64,000 bases of DNA from IMG/VR virus record IMGVR_UViG_3300044616_001452; one strand, 5' to 3'. Position numbers and translations under genes: made by a program. The notes beneath the pieces were generated by a model, which was not told the DNA's origin, did not search any database, and saw only the letters and a list, made by a program, of their open reading frames with translations. Shown here one piece after another: positions 20,912 to 32,992 of this stretch (positions are counted from its first letter, which is position 1; every line of letters begins with the position of its first letter). The stretch is from a virus.

Positions 20912-23900
20912 TCAAATTCCTCCGCTTGGGCTTGCGAACACTTTTGGTGATTGGATCGTAACTACCAATAGTGTTCTTAAAGAAACAAATGATCTTGCTG
21001 CAAATAATTATACAAAAGATTCCGGTTCACTTATCATACAATCTTCTGGAACGGGCTTACAAGTTGCTAATGATGCAATTGTACAAGGTTCATTTCAAGT
21101 TTCTGGTACGGGTTCTAGTGCAACAATACAAAACAATTTAACAGTTACACAGGGTTCAATTAGAGCTTCGAACACTACAGCTTTAGGTTTGAGAATTGAT
21201 GGCGTTGCAAACATTGCAAACCTTCAAATTATTGGGTCGGGATTAGGTAATGATAATCAGGGTCCCGCACTCTACGTTGGAAACAATACAGTTTTGGTTG
21301 GAAACGTTGCACTGTCTAATACAATTACTGTTTCTGGTAATGCTAGAGTCTTAGGTGTTAATGCTAATTCTTACATTACTGCGCCTAGTGTTTATGCAAC
21401 AAGTATTTTTTCTGGTGCTATCACGGCTAATACACAACTTAATGTTGGTGCAGCTAATGTTGTAAATGGAATTGACGCCGCTTTGGCTAGAATTGGTAAC
21501 ATTGTCGCTAACACAGGATTGATTGGTGGTGCAATCACCGCTAATACACAGCTTAATGTTGGAGCCGCTAACGTTGTTAATGGAATTGATGCTGGCTCCG
21601 CTAGAATTGGTAACATTGTTGCTAACACAGGATTGATTGGTGGTGCAATCACCGCTAATACACAGCTTAATGTTGGAGCCGCTAACGTTGTTAATGGAAT
21701 TGATGCTGGCTCCGCTAGAATTGGTAACATTGTTGCTAACACTAGTTTAATCGGAGGAACATTAACGGCTAATACACAGCTTAATGTTGGAGCCGCTAAC
21801 GTTGTTAATGGAATTGATGCTGGCTCCGCTAGAATTGGTAACATTATAGCAAATACATCTTTAGTAGGCGGTACAATCACTGCCAATACGCAATTAAACG
21901 TTGGAGCCGCTAACGTTGTTAATGGAATTGATGCTGGCTCCGCTAGAATTGGTAACATTATAGCAAATACAAGTTTGATTGGTGGAACATTAACAGCTAA
22001 TACTCAATTAAATGTTGGTGATGCTAACGTTGTGAATAGACTGGATGCATCTTCAGCCAGAATTGGTAACATTGTAGCAAATACATCTTTAGTTGGTGGT
22101 ACAATCACCGCTAATACACAACTTAATGTTGGTGCAGCTAATGTTGTAAATGGAATTGACGCCGCTTTGGCTAGAATTGGTAACATTGTCGCTAACACAG
22201 GATTGATTGGTGGTGCAATCACCGCTAATACACAGCTTAATGTTGGAGCAGCTAATGTTATAAACGGTATTGACGCCGCATCGGCTAGAATCGGTAGCAT
22301 TGTAGCAAATACAAGTTTAATTGGTGGCACTATCACTGCCAATACAACACTAAGTGGTGGTTCCGCTAACATTATCAATGCAATTAATGCCGCATCAGCC
22401 AATATTGTTGGTTTGATGAATGCTAATACAGGTAATGTTGGAACATTAAGTGCTGTCACAACAGTCGTTGCTGGTACAATCACCGCTAATACAACACTAA
22501 GTGGTGGTTCCGCTAACATTATCAATGCAATTAATGCCGCATCAGCCAATATTGTTGGTTTGATGAATGCTAATACCGCTAATGTAGGCACACTATCAGC
22601 CGTAACAACAGTTGTTGCTGGTACAATCACCGCTAATACAACACTAAGTGGTGGTTCCGCTAACATTATCAATGCAATTAATGCCGCATCAGCCAATATA
22701 GTCGGCATAGCCAATGCTAATACTGCTAATGTAGGCACATTAAGTGCTGTCACAACAGTCGTTGCTGGTACAATCACCGCTAATACAACACTAAGTGGTG
22801 GTTCCGCTAACATTATCAATGCAATTAATGCCGCATCAGCCAATATTGTTGGTTTGATGAATGCTAATACAGGTAATGTTGGAACATTATCAGCCGTAAC
22901 AACAGTTATTGGTGGAACAATTACTGCAAATACAATATTATCAGGTGGTTCCGCTAACATTATCAATGCAATTAATGCCGCTTCAGCCAATATTGTTGGT
23001 ATAGCTAATGCAAATACTGGAAATGTTGGCACATTAAGTGCTGTCACAACAGTTATTGGTGGAACAATTACTGCTAACACAATACTAAGTGGTGATTCAG
23101 CCAACATTGTTACTATAATGAATGCGAATACCGGAAATGTTGGAACATTATCAGCCGTAACAACAGTTATTGGTGGAACAATTACTGCTAACACAATACT
23201 AAGTGGTGGTTCAGCCAATATTTTTGGTATAGCTAATGCCAATACAGTTAACGTTGGCACATTAAGTGCAGTAACAAGAGTAATTGGTGGAACAATTACT
23301 GCTAATACACAACTTAATGTTGGTGCAGCTAATGTTATAAACGGTATTGATGCTGGTTCAGCCAGAATTGGTAACATAGTTGCTAACACTAATTTAATGG
23401 CTGGAAGCATTAATGCCAATAGTTATCTAACCATTGCAAATTCTCTTTATTCTGTAACAAGAAATAATGCAGTTACGGTCACATCATATACAGGAAATGG
23501 AACAACTTTTGTAACTGGAGTTGCCACAAACCATGGGTTGGCTAATGGTGAATTAATTTTTATTAATGGCGCTGCTGTCACACAAGCTCCATTAAATGGA
23601 GTGTGGGCTGTTGTTAACACCGGTGTCAATTCAATCATGTTTTCGATTGCTCCAGGAACACTTCCTGTTGGCACAAATACAACTGCTATAGGTTCAACAA
23701 CAGTAGCTCGTTCATTTAACTATGTCACTTCATTAAATTCCAATAGTTACATTACAACAACAGAAGCACAAGCAACAAGGTTACAAGCAGGAAATATTGT
23801 TGCTAACACCAGTTTAATTGGTGGTACAATCACCGCTAATACAACACTAAGTGGTGGTTCCGCTAACATTATCAATGCAATTAATGCCGCATCAGCCAAT

Positions 23901-26738
23901 ATTGTTGGTATAGCCAATGCAAATACAGTTAATGTTGGAACATTATCAGCCGTAACAACAGTTATTGGTGGAACAATTACTGCTAATACAACACTAAGTG
24001 GTGGTTCCGCTAACATTATCAATGCAATTAATGCTGCTTCAGCCAATATTGTTGGTATAGCCAATGCAAATACAGTTAATGTTGGAACATTATCAGCCGT
24101 AACAACAGTTATTGGTGAAACAATTACTGCAAATACAATATTATCAGGTGGTTCCGCTAACATTATCAATGCAATTAATGCCGCTTCAGCCAATATTGTT
24201 GGTATAGCCAATGCAAATACAGTTAATGTTGGAACATTATCAGCCGTAACTCAAGTCATAGCGGGTTCTATAACATCGAATGCTGGTATAACAGCAGCAT
24301 CAGCGTCGATTGGAGCAGGCGGGTTAACAGTATCAGGTAATTTTATAGTTACCGGAACAACAGTTAATGATTCTAATACAATAGTTCTTAGAACTTCATC
24401 TCCTCTCGCTCAATCTGATAAAGCATATTTCATGATTAATAGGGGCGAAAGAGCTACGGGCGCAACAGGTCCAACTGGTCCAAGAGCAAATGCTGAGATT
24501 AGATGGGATAATGCATCCAATACATGGCAAATAAGAGATGTTGCAGGCGCCGATTTCAGTGTATATCATAATATTGTTACTGAAAAATATACTGCAAACA
24601 CAACGAATGCGGGTATCGTACAACTTAATGATACGACAACAAGTACAAGCACCACTTTAGCACCAACAGCAGCAGCGGTTAATACTTTAAGACTTGCAGT
24701 TAATTCTTCTGTTACATCAAATGTTCTAAATTCTGGTGCAGCAGTAGTTGTTGCTCAGAATTTTGTGACAGCAGTTGATGATTCTGATCCAGGCAACGGT
24801 AACTTTAAGTTCAACAATGCCACTATTAGTTCGGCAACTTTTGCATACATGGATAACTTGGACACTTATGGAAATAGTATCACAGGTATTCTTGCAGCAT
24901 ATGCAGACTCAAATGGAGTTACAAAAGGGCATCTAAGATTCTCCGTATTTGGTGCGTCAACAACAAAATACGCAGTCTTCGCCGTGACAGGTTCAACAGC
25001 AGCATCAGGTTATTATAAAGTTGCATTGTCACATGTTTCAAGTGCAGGAACATTCGCTGCTTCTGATCTTGTTATGGTTCAATTTAGTAGAGCAGGTAAT
25101 ATTGGACCACAAGGACCAATCGGACCAATTGGACCACAAGGACCAATCGGACCAATTGGACCACAAGGACCAATCGGACCACAAGGACCAATCGGACCAA
25201 TCGGTCCACAAGGACCAATAGGACCAATCGGTCCACAAGGACCAATCGGACCACAAGGACCAATCGGACCAATTGGACCACAAGGACCAATCGGACCAAT
25301 CGGACCACAAGGACCAATCGGACCAATCGGACCACAAGGACCAATCGGACCACAAGGACCAATAGGACCAATTGGACCACAAGGACCAATCGGACCAATT
25401 GGACCACAAGGACCAATCGGACCAATCGGACCACAAGGACCAATCGGTCCACAAGGACCAATAGGACCACTTGGGCCAATAGGACCAATAGGACCACTTG
25501 GACCAATAGGACCAATAGGTCCACAAGGACCAATAGGACCAATAGGACCAGTAGGTACTTTAGATGCAAATAAAAATTTTGTTGTAATTGGTAGTGTTTG
25601 CGATCTAACAGCCACAGGTTGCCATAATACATTTATTGGGGATCTTGCTGGTCGCCGCACAACATTTGGAATATCAAACTTTTTCGTAGGTCGAGAGGCT
25701 GGTGCTTGCAACACCACTGGAGCCGATAACGTCTTCATTGGATTATGCGCTGGTGCTTGCAACATCACTGGATTCAATAACGTCTTCATTGGAAAATGTT
25801 CTGGAAGACAAAACGAAACGGGTAGTGCCAACATCTTTTTTGGAACTTATACTGGTTGTTTAAACACCGGTGGAAGCAATAACGTCTTAATTGGATCTCA
25901 AGCTGGTCGCTGCAATGGTACAGGGAGCGGTAATAATATCATTGGAAGCGGAGCGGGTAAGTCTAATACCAGTGGAAGCAATAACGTCTTCCTTGGTTCA
26001 AACGCCGGTAACTTTAATACCACCGCGGCGGACAACATCTTCATTGGTCGATGTGCTGGATTTAATAACACAACTGCTGGGTATAATGTCTTCATTGGCG
26101 GCTATGCCGGTTGCGGCAACACCACTGGATGCAGAAACATCGCTATTGGCAATCTTGCCGGTAGAGACAACACATTTGGCAACTGTAACTTATTTATTGG
26201 TGTATATGCCGGTCTTGTAAACACCACTGGTTGCAACAATACCTTCATAGGTCGAGCTGCGGGTGCCAGCAATACAAGAGGTTGTAATAATATTTTCGTA
26301 GGTTGTTACAGTGGCTCAGGCCTTAATGGGCTTGCGAACATAACAACTGAATCAGATCGTATTATTATGGGGAATAGCTCTCATACATGCGCGCAAATAC
26401 AAGTTGCATGGACAGCCGTTTCTGATATTCGTGATAAGTGCATATTTGGTAAAGTACCTCACGGTAAAGGATTCTTGAATCAAGTTAATCCTATCATATT
26501 CAGTTTCAAAGACCGTGAGACTGGTCAACTTACTGATGAAAAGAAACGTTACGGTTTCTCTGCTCAAGAAATCCTTGAACTTGAAGGTGATGAACCTGTT
26601 CTAGTAGGAAATGATAATCCAGAAAAACTTGGGCTAACGGCAGAATACATCATACCAATTCTTGTAAATGCTATTAATGAACTTTCAGCCGAACTAGAAA
26701 TCGTTAAATCGGAGATAGAAGAACTAAAAAGGAAATAA
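20904..26738 (+). CDS. Long tail fibre: repeat shaft, collagen segment, Cys-rich beta repeats, C-terminal intramolecular chaperone (peptidase S74-like)
   Basis: [13 protein letters not shown]-terminus; 38- and 49-aa repeats; (GPI/GPQ)n; [30 protein letters not shown] is the chaperone signature. Confidence 0.85.
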   Translation: MANQIPPLGLANTFGDWIVTTNSVLKETNDLAANNYTKDSGSLIIQSSGTGLQVANDAIVQGSFQVSGTGSSATIQNNLTVTQGSIRASNTTALGLRIDGVANIANLQIIGSGLGNDNQGPALYVGNNTVLVGNVALSNTITVSGNARVLGVNANSYITAPSVYATSIFSGAITANTQLNVGAANVVNGIDAALARIGNIVANTGLIGGAITANTQLNVGAANVVNGIDAGSARIGNIVANTGLIGGAITANTQLNVGAANVVNGIDAGSARIGNIVANTSLIGGTLTANTQLNVGAANVVNGIDAGSARIGNIIANTSLVGGTITANTQLNVGAANVVNGIDAGSARIGNIIANTSLIGGTLTANTQLNVGDANVVNRLDASSARIGNIVANTSLVGGTITANTQLNVGAANVVNGIDAALARIGNIVANTGLIGGAITANTQLNVGAANVINGIDAASARIGSIVANTSLIGGTITANTTLSGGSANIINAINAASANIVGLMNANTGNVGTLSAVTTVVAGTITANTTLSGGSANIINAINAASANIVGLMNANTANVGTLSAVTTVVAGTITANTTLSGGSANIINAINAASANIVGIANANTANVGTLSAVTTVVAGTITANTTLSGGSANIINAINAASANIVGLMNANTGNVGTLSAVTTVIGGTITANTILSGGSANIINAINAASANIVGIANANTGNVGTLSAVTTVIGGTITANTILSGDSANIVTIMNANTGNVGTLSAVTTVIGGTITANTILSGGSANIFGIANANTVNVGTLSAVTRVIGGTITANTQLNVGAANVINGIDAGSARIGNIVANTNLMAGSINANSYLTIANSLYSVTRNNAVTVTSYTGNGTTFVTGVATNHGLANGELIFINGAAVTQAPLNGVWAVVNTGVNSIMFSIAPGTLPVGTNTTAIGSTTVARSFNYVTSLNSNSYITTTEAQATRLQAGNIVANTSLIGGTITANTTLSGGSANIINAINAASANIVGIANANTVNVGTLSAVTTVIGGTITANTTLSGGSANIINAINAASANIVGIANANTVNVGTLSAVTTVIGETITANTILSGGSANIINAINAASANIVGIANANTVNVGTLSAVTQVIAGSITSNAGITAASASIGAGGLTVSGNFIVTGTTVNDSNTIVLRTSSPLAQSDKAYFMINRGERATGATGPTGPRANAEIRWDNASNTWQIRDVAGADFSVYHNIVTEKYTANTTNAGIVQLNDTTTSTSTTLAPTAAAVNTLRLAVNSSVTSNVLNSGAAVVVAQNFVTAVDDSDPGNGNFKFNNATISSATFAYMDNLDTYGNSITGILAAYADSNGVTKGHLRFSVFGASTTKYAVFAVTGSTAASGYYKVALSHVSSAGTFAASDLVMVQFSRAGNIGPQGPIGPIGPQGPIGPIGPQGPIGPQGPIGPIGPQGPIGPIGPQGPIGPQGPIGPIGPQGPIGPIGPQGPIGPIGPQGPIGPQGPIGPIGPQGPIGPIGPQGPIGPIGPQGPIGPQGPIGPLGPIGPIGPLGPIGPIGPQGPIGPIGPVGTLDANKNFVVIGSVCDLTATGCHNTFIGDLAGRRTTFGISNFFVGREAGACNTTGADNVFIGLCAGACNITGFNNVFIGKCSGRQNETGSANIFFGTYTGCLNTGGSNNVLIGSQAGRCNGTGSGNNIIGSGAGKSNTSGSNNVFLGSNAGNFNTTAADNIFIGRCAGFNNTTAGYNVFIGGYAGCGNTTGCRNIAIGNLAGRDNTFGNCNLFIGVYAGLVNTTGCNNTFIGRAAGASNTRGCNNIFVGCYSGSGLNGLANITTESDRIIMGNSSHTCAQIQVAWTAVSDIRDKCIFGKVPHGKGFLNQVNPIIFSFKDRETGQLTDEKKRYGFSAQEILELEGDEPVLVGNDNPEKLGLTAEYIIPILVNAINELSAELEIVKSEIEELKRK
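21423..22334 (+). repeat. 114-bp (38-aa) tandem repeat, 8 copies
   Basis: Unit [38 protein letters not shown]; starts at 21423, 21537 and onward; one more copy near 23298. Confidence 0.92.
22335..24270 (+). repeat. 147-bp (49-aa) tandem repeat in two blocks (about 22335-23297, including two shortened units, and about 23832-24270)
   Basis: Unit [49 protein letters not shown]; starts at 22335, 22482, 22629, 22776 and 22923. Confidence 0.9.
25103..25555 (+). repeat. Collagen-like (G-P-I/G-P-Q)n coding repeat
   Basis: About 50 uninterrupted GGW CCA NNN triplets. Confidence 0.95.
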
Positions 26739-26746
26739 CCTGCTTT

Positions 26747-26754
26747 ACTAAATA
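26747..26754 (+). promoter_or_regulatory. Late promoter variant (ACTAAATA)
   Basis: Intergenic TAAATA core upstream of an AGGA RBS. Confidence 0.5.
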
Positions 26755-26776
26755 TACCGACTAGAAAGGAAAATTT

Positions 26777-27130
26777 ATGCCAGCAGGTTATTCTGAATTA
26801 TTTCTTGAGCAAGGAGCAGACTTTAACACATCAATTACTCTTGATGATGTGAGTGGTGTTGCATTCAATTTAGTAAATTATACAGCATCTTCACAAATGA
26901 GAAAGTCATATTACTCATCGAACGCTGCTGCTACGTTTACCGTTTCAACCGGGGCGGTACCTTCAGCAGGTGTAATTACATTGTCTTTAAATTCGGCAAA
27001 CACTGCTAACATATATCCTGGCAGATATGTATATGATGTTTACATTACCTCAAATGTGGGAAGAATTCGAGTATTGGAGGGTATAGTTAATGTAAGCCCA
27101 CAAGTTACTAAATTACCAGGAATGCTATAA
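26777..27130 (+). CDS. Small virion structural/adaptor protein
   Basis: LFLEQGADF..SQMRKSYYS..GRYVYDV..RVLEGIVNVSPQVT family, common in T4-like cyanophage-group fibre regions. Confidence 0.75.
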   Translation: MPAGYSELFLEQGADFNTSITLDDVSGVAFNLVNYTASSQMRKSYYSSNAAATFTVSTGAVPSAGVITLSLNSANTANIYPGRYVYDVYITSNVGRIRVLEGIVNVSPQVTKLPGML

Positions 27131-27354
27131 TGTCACAAACAATAGGTACAGTGAGTGTAAAGGTAAATAGCACTCCTTCTGTTAGAGTACAATCAATTCA
27201 ATATTTACCAAATCCAGCCGAGTATACTATTAAAGATGCTTCTGACTTGGAAATTTCAAATAATTTGACAGGGCGTGGAGTTTTAACCTACGACGAAACT
27301 AATCAAGAATTTGTCGTGCAAGATATACCAAGACTAAACGGAGGCACATTCTAA
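27130..27354 (+). CDS. Small structural protein ending LNGGTF
   Basis: Overlapping stop/start (TAATG); DASDL..GVLTYD..F motif. Confidence 0.65.
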   Translation: MSQTIGTVSVKVNSTPSVRVQSIQYLPNPAEYTIKDASDLEISNNLTGRGVLTYDETNQEFVVQDIPRLNGGTF

Positions 27355-27355
27355 A

Positions 27356-29092
27356 ATGGCTGGAGCAACCAATACAATCATTCAGATTTTACGTTCGAAC
27401 ACTACTGCATATCCTACCACTTTAGAGCCAGGTGAACAGGCGTATTCATACGTATCACAAAGACTTTTCATTGGTAATACTGATAATTCTGTTATTACAA
27501 TTGGCGGTAAATATTATGTTGATCTAATTGATAATGCGACTGCATCCAATACGGGCAACACTCTTGTTCGCCGTGATAATGCCGGCAATGTTGCGTTCAA
27601 AATGGTTTCTGTTGCAGACAATGCATCACAGTCTACAGATGTTGTCAATAAAAATTATCTAGATTCCAGAATCAATGCACTGTCATCAAATACAATTTAT
27701 GATGGTGCACCTATTGGTACAAATGGTTATTCTAATGTTCATGTAAATTCCGCAGTCGGTGGTGGGCAAGTTATTGTTGTTGCAAATAATACAACAGTTG
27801 CAACATTTACCAAAACAACTGCAACATTTGTACAAGATGTTGGTATTACAGGAAATCTTGTAGTCAGAGGCACAACATCTTATACGAATGTACAATCACT
27901 TCTTGTTTCAAACAATGACATTGTACTGAATGCAAACGCAGCAGGTTATCCATTAATCAATGCATACATTACAGTCAATCGTGGTGCAGCAGATAATTCT
28001 GCAATTATTTGGAATGAGGCTACAGATAGATGGCAAGTTGATAATGCCATAGGAACAAATTATGATATTGTTGACACAGGTGGTGGGCAATCGATTGGTG
28101 GTACAACAACACTTAATGCTGCATCAGTAACAAATGGTTTACATGCAGGCACATTAGAAGTTTCTGGGCATACAAATGTTGCATCACTGACAGCAAATAG
28201 CACAATTATTACCAATCAGTTGATCGTTGCATCAAACGTACAACTTGCGAACGTAGCAAACGTTGCGTATTACGGTAACGTAGTTGATGCGGCCACACCA
28301 GTGATTGGCAAACATTACATTATGATATCTGATGGCAATTCAGGTAACAACAGATTTCATGCAAATTCGTTACTTGCTTTTGATACCTCAAACACCACAT
28401 TTGCTGTTGGTTATTCTGCTTATACACCATTGCCTAATACATTGTACCAAGCAACTGGATCATCAATAGCATATATTCAAAACAATATACAAAATATAAA
28501 CAATGAGGGTTCTGGCGACTGGGTTGCTACAGCCGATAATGGTGATGACACAAAAGGTTACATCGATATGGGTATTGCCGGAGGCGCCTACACATATGAT
28601 GGTTTCCATAAACCTAATGACGGTTACTTGTTTGTTGCAGGCAACACTGGGCAAGGGCTAGGCAACTTATGGATTGGTACTGCTGTATCCAACACATTAA
28701 ACCAAACGATAGGTTCAATATACTTTCATTTAGGTTATGAGTCTTCATCAAATATAGTTGGTTACATTAGCCGTCAAGGCAATAATCCAGCAAACAATGC
28801 TACATGGGCAATAAACAAAACCACTGGCGCAAATCACAATTATTCACTTGATGTAAATGGTGCAGCGAATGTTTCTTCACTTTTCATAAACGGAACACAA
28901 GTTCTTGGGCAATCATTCGCACTTCCAGTTTCATTTGGTGGCACAGGGTTAACTTCTGTAACGGCAAATGCAGTTTTATTTGGTTCAGGATCAGGCACTT
29001 TAGGTGTCACAAATGCGCCAACAGCCGGGCAAGTTTTACAATATAGAACAGATGGTGTTAAATTTGGTGGGCTAGATGGAGGAACATTCTAA
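27356..29092 (+). CDS. Fibre protein with Mtd-N-like N-terminus, ending LDGGTF
   Basis: TIIQILRS..LEPGEQAYS..LFIG..IGGKYY; LPVSFGGTG repeat. Confidence 0.7.
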   Translation: MAGATNTIIQILRSNTTAYPTTLEPGEQAYSYVSQRLFIGNTDNSVITIGGKYYVDLIDNATASNTGNTLVRRDNAGNVAFKMVSVADNASQSTDVVNKNYLDSRINALSSNTIYDGAPIGTNGYSNVHVNSAVGGGQVIVVANNTTVATFTKTTATFVQDVGITGNLVVRGTTSYTNVQSLLVSNNDIVLNANAAGYPLINAYITVNRGAADNSAIIWNEATDRWQVDNAIGTNYDIVDTGGGQSIGGTTTLNAASVTNGLHAGTLEVSGHTNVASLTANSTIITNQLIVASNVQLANVANVAYYGNVVDAATPVIGKHYIMISDGNSGNNRFHANSLLAFDTSNTTFAVGYSAYTPLPNTLYQATGSSIAYIQNNIQNINNEGSGDWVATADNGDDTKGYIDMGIAGGAYTYDGFHKPNDGYLFVAGNTGQGLGNLWIGTAVSNTLNQTIGSIYFHLGYESSSNIVGYISRQGNNPANNATWAINKTTGANHNYSLDVNGAANVSSLFINGTQVLGQSFALPVSFGGTGLTSVTANAVLFGSGSGTLGVTNAPTAGQVLQYRTDGVKFGGLDGGTF

Positions 29093-29095
29093 ATA
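29088..29095 (+). promoter_or_regulatory. Late promoter variant (TCTAAATA)
   Basis: Overlaps the upstream stop codon; GAGG RBS follows. Confidence 0.45.
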
Positions 29096-29128
29096 ATATC
29101 ATGTTTACATTAATGATGAGGTTCGAAA

Positions 29129-29626
29129 ATGAATCAAGAAAAATTTATAAATTCGTATATAGAATTACTTAATTCAACATTAACTGAGGCTATACAAAAA
29201 AATATAACAATACTGGCTCAAAAAAATGTTTTAGAAAATGAATTAAATGAGTTTAAAAGTGTTGTAGATTCAAGTAAGAATACACTTAAAAACAATCTTG
29301 AACAGAAAGAGAAAGAAATTGTTGAATTAAAAAATCAATTAAATGATGCAAGAAGACAAAAAGATATTGCAGCAGTTGAATCGAATGAACTGAAAAAGAA
29401 TGCGCAACACATTGATACTTTTAAAAGTGAACTCATCAAAACAAGAAGTGAAATTGATAGGCTTAACAAAGAATTACAAGAAAAGGAAAATACGATTAAT
29501 AAATTAACAGAAGAAGTGGAAACATTAAAAAATGATTCTGTTAAAATTATTCCTGTGAAGAAGTCTGTCAAAAAAGCCGTTGAAATAAAAGAAACACCTC
29601 TTGTCAAGGATGCAGGTAACTTTTAA
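29129..29626 (+). CDS. Coiled-coil protein
   Basis: K/E-rich heptads; ends DAGNF. Confidence 0.7.
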   Translation: MNQEKFINSYIELLNSTLTEAIQKNITILAQKNVLENELNEFKSVVDSSKNTLKNNLEQKEKEIVELKNQLNDARRQKDIAAVESNELKKNAQHIDTFKSELIKTRSEIDRLNKELQEKENTINKLTEEVETLKNDSVKIIPVKKSVKKAVEIKETPLVKDAGNF

Positions 29627-31980
29627 TGTCAAACACAGTAATTCAAATAAAGAGATCATCAGCAACAGGTAATATTCCTGATACTGGTTCGATTATACAT
29701 GGTGAATTAGCAATTAACTATGCTGACGGTAAACTTTATTACAAGACGGACACCAACACCGTCGATTCCATTTACACACCAAATTTATATGAAACACTCA
29801 ATGTAAGTGGAACACTTCTAGTACCAACAACACCAACAGAAATTTTAAATATTATTGGTGCAAATGGTATTTCCGTATCTGGCAATTCAACAACAGATAC
29901 GATAAGAATCGATGAAACTCTAAGCCCAATAATCAATTCTGCATATGCTCAAGCAAATGCTGCTTTTAACTATGCAAATAACATTTCTCTTACTCCAGGT
30001 CCAACCGGTCCACAGGGACCAACTGGAGCCACAGGTCCAACAGGTCCCACTGGTGCAGCAGGCGACAAATATTCAACAACTAGTGCAACATCATATACAA
30101 TTCTTGGAAATGGAAATACAGCTTCAATAGTAATTGGAACGAGTTTAAATTATTCTGTCGGGCAAGCAATTCGAATTGCAAATACAGTCTCAATATACCA
30201 AGATGCAGACGTAACTTATTACGATTCAAGTAATGGCTTTTTACAATTCTTTACAATAGGTTTCAGTGGCTCAGGCACATACAATTTTTGGAACGTAAAT
30301 TTAGCCGGTGCGGTCGGTGCTGCTGGACCAACAGGACCACAGGGTCCAATTGGTCCAATAGGACCAACAGGTCCTCAAGGTCCAATTGGTCCAATAGGAC
30401 CAACAGGTCCTCAAGGACCAATCGGTCCAACAGGTCCACAAGGTCCAATTGGTACAATAGGACCAACAGGTCCACAAGGACCAATTGGTGATACGGGACC
30501 ACAGGGACCAATCGGTCCAATTGGACCACAAGGTCCGATAGGACCAATAGGTCCACAAGGTCCGATTGGACCCATCGGTCCGATTGGACCAACAGGTCCA
30601 CAGGGACCACAAGGAAATACAGGACCAACAGGTCCACAGGGGCCTCAAGGTGATACTGGACCGCAAGGTCCAATCGGTCCCATCGGTCCTATTGGTCCCA
30701 TTGGTCCACAAGGTCCCATTGGACCAATAGGTCCACAAGGTCCAATCGGTCCCATCGGTCCTATTGGTCCCATTGGTCCACAAGGTCCCATTGGACCAAT
30801 AGGTCCACAAGGTCCAATCGGTCCCATTGGACCAATCGGTCCAATTGGTCCTACTGGACCACAAGGTCCAATTGGACCAATAGGTCCAATCGGTCCCGTT
30901 GGTCCACAAGGTCCCATCGGTCCTATTGGGCCCATAGGTCCAATCGGTCCAATAGGACCAACAGGACCACAGGGGCCAATAGGACCAGGAGGTCCGGGCG
31001 GTCCAGGTGGACCAATCGGCCCCATAGGCCCCATCGGTCCAATTGGTCCTATTGGTCCAACAGGCCCACAAGGTCCAATTGGACCAGGAGGTCCAGGTGG
31101 TCCAATCGGTCCTATTGGGCCCATCGGCCCCATCGGTCCAATAGGTCCTACTGGTCCACAAGGTCCAATTGGACCAGGAGGTCCAGGTGGTCCAATCGGT
31201 CCTATTGGTCCAATCGGTCCAATTGGTCCTATTGGTCCAACAGGCCCACAAGGTCCAATTGGACCAGGAGGTCCAGGTGGTCCAATCGGTCCTATTGGGC
31301 CCATCGGCCCCATCGGTCCAATAGGTCCTACTGGTCCACAAGGTCCTATTGGTCCAGGTGGTCCAGGTGGTCCCATAGGTCCCATAGGTCCCATAGGTCC
31401 AATCGGTCCAATAGGTCCTACTGGTCCACAAGGTCCTATTGGTCCAGGTGGTCCAGGTGGTCCCATAGGTCCCATAGGTCCAATCGGTCCTATCGGCCCA
31501 TCCACAGCAATTAATGCAACAAACACAACTTCATCATTCAATAACTATCTGGTTGGTGTGCCTGCTGCCGGTTCTAATCAGACACCATATGTTTCTGTAA
31601 CAAATGCAGTCTATGTAAATCCAAGCACAGGTACACTGTTTGCTGTTGCTAAATCGTTCCGTATTCCACATCCAACAAAAACAGGTAAGATGTTGGTCTA
31701 TGGTTCGTTAGAAGGTCCAGAAAACGGTGTGTATGCTCGCGGTAGATTGACTGGTGGTAATGTCATTGAGTTACCAGATTATTGGGCACATCTTGTTCAT
31801 GACGATACAATCACTGTACAGCTAACAGCCATTGGTAGAAAACAAAATCTTTATGTTAAAAAAGTGGAAGGTAATATGATAACAATCGGCTACTCAGACA
31901 TGGAAGTTTCCGGTATCGACTGTTACTATTACATCATGGCTGAACGTAAAGATGTGGAGAAATTGGTAGTGGAGGAATAA
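29626..31980 (+). CDS. Collagen-containing fibre protein
   Basis: [24 protein letters not shown]-terminus; long collagen region; C-terminal [28 protein letters not shown] domain. Confidence 0.85.
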   Translation: MSNTVIQIKRSSATGNIPDTGSIIHGELAINYADGKLYYKTDTNTVDSIYTPNLYETLNVSGTLLVPTTPTEILNIIGANGISVSGNSTTDTIRIDETLSPIINSAYAQANAAFNYANNISLTPGPTGPQGPTGATGPTGPTGAAGDKYSTTSATSYTILGNGNTASIVIGTSLNYSVGQAIRIANTVSIYQDADVTYYDSSNGFLQFFTIGFSGSGTYNFWNVNLAGAVGAAGPTGPQGPIGPIGPTGPQGPIGPIGPTGPQGPIGPTGPQGPIGTIGPTGPQGPIGDTGPQGPIGPIGPQGPIGPIGPQGPIGPIGPIGPTGPQGPQGNTGPTGPQGPQGDTGPQGPIGPIGPIGPIGPQGPIGPIGPQGPIGPIGPIGPIGPQGPIGPIGPQGPIGPIGPIGPIGPTGPQGPIGPIGPIGPVGPQGPIGPIGPIGPIGPIGPTGPQGPIGPGGPGGPGGPIGPIGPIGPIGPIGPTGPQGPIGPGGPGGPIGPIGPIGPIGPIGPTGPQGPIGPGGPGGPIGPIGPIGPIGPIGPTGPQGPIGPGGPGGPIGPIGPIGPIGPIGPTGPQGPIGPGGPGGPIGPIGPIGPIGPIGPTGPQGPIGPGGPGGPIGPIGPIGPIGPSTAINATNTTSSFNNYLVGVPAAGSNQTPYVSVTNAVYVNPSTGTLFAVAKSFRIPHPTKTGKMLVYGSLEGPENGVYARGRLTGGNVIELPDYWAHLVHDDTITVQLTAIGRKQNLYVKKVEGNMITIGYSDMEVSGIDCYYYIMAERKDVEKLVVEE
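30307..31500 (+). repeat. Collagen-like ([12 protein letters not shown])n repeat, about 130 triplets, with higher-order 90-bp units
   Basis: Continuous Gly-X-Y; the unit [30 protein letters not shown] is repeated. Confidence 0.95.
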
Positions 31981-31981
31981 A

Positions 31982-32734
31982 TTGGCAACTTTTTATAACC
32001 AAGAATTTTCTTTTGCTACAACCGCTAAGGATCTTCTTGCGAAATATCCCCTTACATATCAAAAAGATGGTTATTACATGTTGTATCCGAGCGGAAGAAC
32101 AGGCCCAGGACAAGTAGTTTATTGCGATATGACCACCGATGGAGGAGGATGGATGATGATAGCAAGAAGTCATCCATCCACAGTAAACTATAATGGTCAA
32201 AATTGGGGTTGGAGAGGAGGTCCTATAGGATCTATTAAAGACTTTTCTCAGGCATATCAAGCAGGTTGGTTGACATATTGGGATTCGATGGGTCAAACAT
32301 TTACAGAATTTATTTTCGGTAATAGAAGTAATATATACAACAACTCATGGGGGCCCTTCATTTATAAAAGAGGTATAACTTATACAGATTTGATTAACAG
32401 TGACACACAACAAGGTGGATCAACGTCCACTTTAAAATCAGATACGAATGTTTACGGCACAACATCTTTTCCAGGAATGCAAGGCGCTATAGGTTATCCT
32501 GTAACGGGCACCAGTAATAATATTTACTACATGCGAGATTGTTGCGGATTTGCTGGATATGGTGGAACAGCTACATCAATGGTAACCGTATATTGCGGCG
32601 CCAACTTCTATTATGCAGGTCCTTGGTGTGGTGGATCTACAACAGATGGTAGTGGCAACTTTCAAAATGGATCTTATGATTCGAATGGGCTAAGATTTGG
32701 TGGGACTAACCAATACATGATTATGGTGAGATAA
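31982..32734 (+). CDS. Fibrinogen C-terminal-like domain protein (putative adhesin/lectin)
   Basis: DGYYMLYP..VYCDMTTDGGGWMMI signature; ends MIMVR; TTG start after a GGAGG RBS. Confidence 0.75.
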   Translation: MATFYNQEFSFATTAKDLLAKYPLTYQKDGYYMLYPSGRTGPGQVVYCDMTTDGGGWMMIARSHPSTVNYNGQNWGWRGGPIGSIKDFSQAYQAGWLTYWDSMGQTFTEFIFGNRSNIYNNSWGPFIYKRGITYTDLINSDTQQGGSTSTLKSDTNVYGTTSFPGMQGAIGYPVTGTSNNIYYMRDCCGFAGYGGTATSMVTVYCGANFYYAGPWCGGSTTDGSGNFQNGSYDSNGLRFGGTNQYMIMVR

Positions 32735-32992
32735 ATGGAATATAGATTTCAAATTTTAACAAAAACTGGTATTATAGAATCTTTAGTGCAAAGTGAATCA
32801 GATTTTTCTTGTGCACCTTTTGGTTATGTTCCATACCGAGTTATATCGACATGCGAATGTGAACCACAAGTAATAGATGATTTTTGGAATTGTGTGGATA
32901 TTGTGCTTCAGAATAATAATGCAACAACTGACGATTATATAAGAGCCGTCAGAGCATATGTAGGTGATACAATTTACGGAGAACATGAATAA
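32735..32992 (+). CDS. Hypothetical protein
   Basis: Fills the operon gap exactly, abutting both neighbours. Confidence 0.55.
   Translation: MEYRFQILTKTGIIESLVQSESDFSCAPFGYVPYRVISTCECEPQVIDDFWNCVDIVLQNNNATTDDYIRAVRAYVGDTIYGEHE

Noticed and set aside
21392-24211. Minus-strand ORFs of 154-471 aa over the fibre repeats
   Set aside because: These are shadows of the tandem repeats in the + strand gene.
21423-24270. Regularly spaced repeats as a possible CRISPR array
   Set aside because: The units are in-frame coding repeats (114/147 bp) with no unique spacers and no cas genes.
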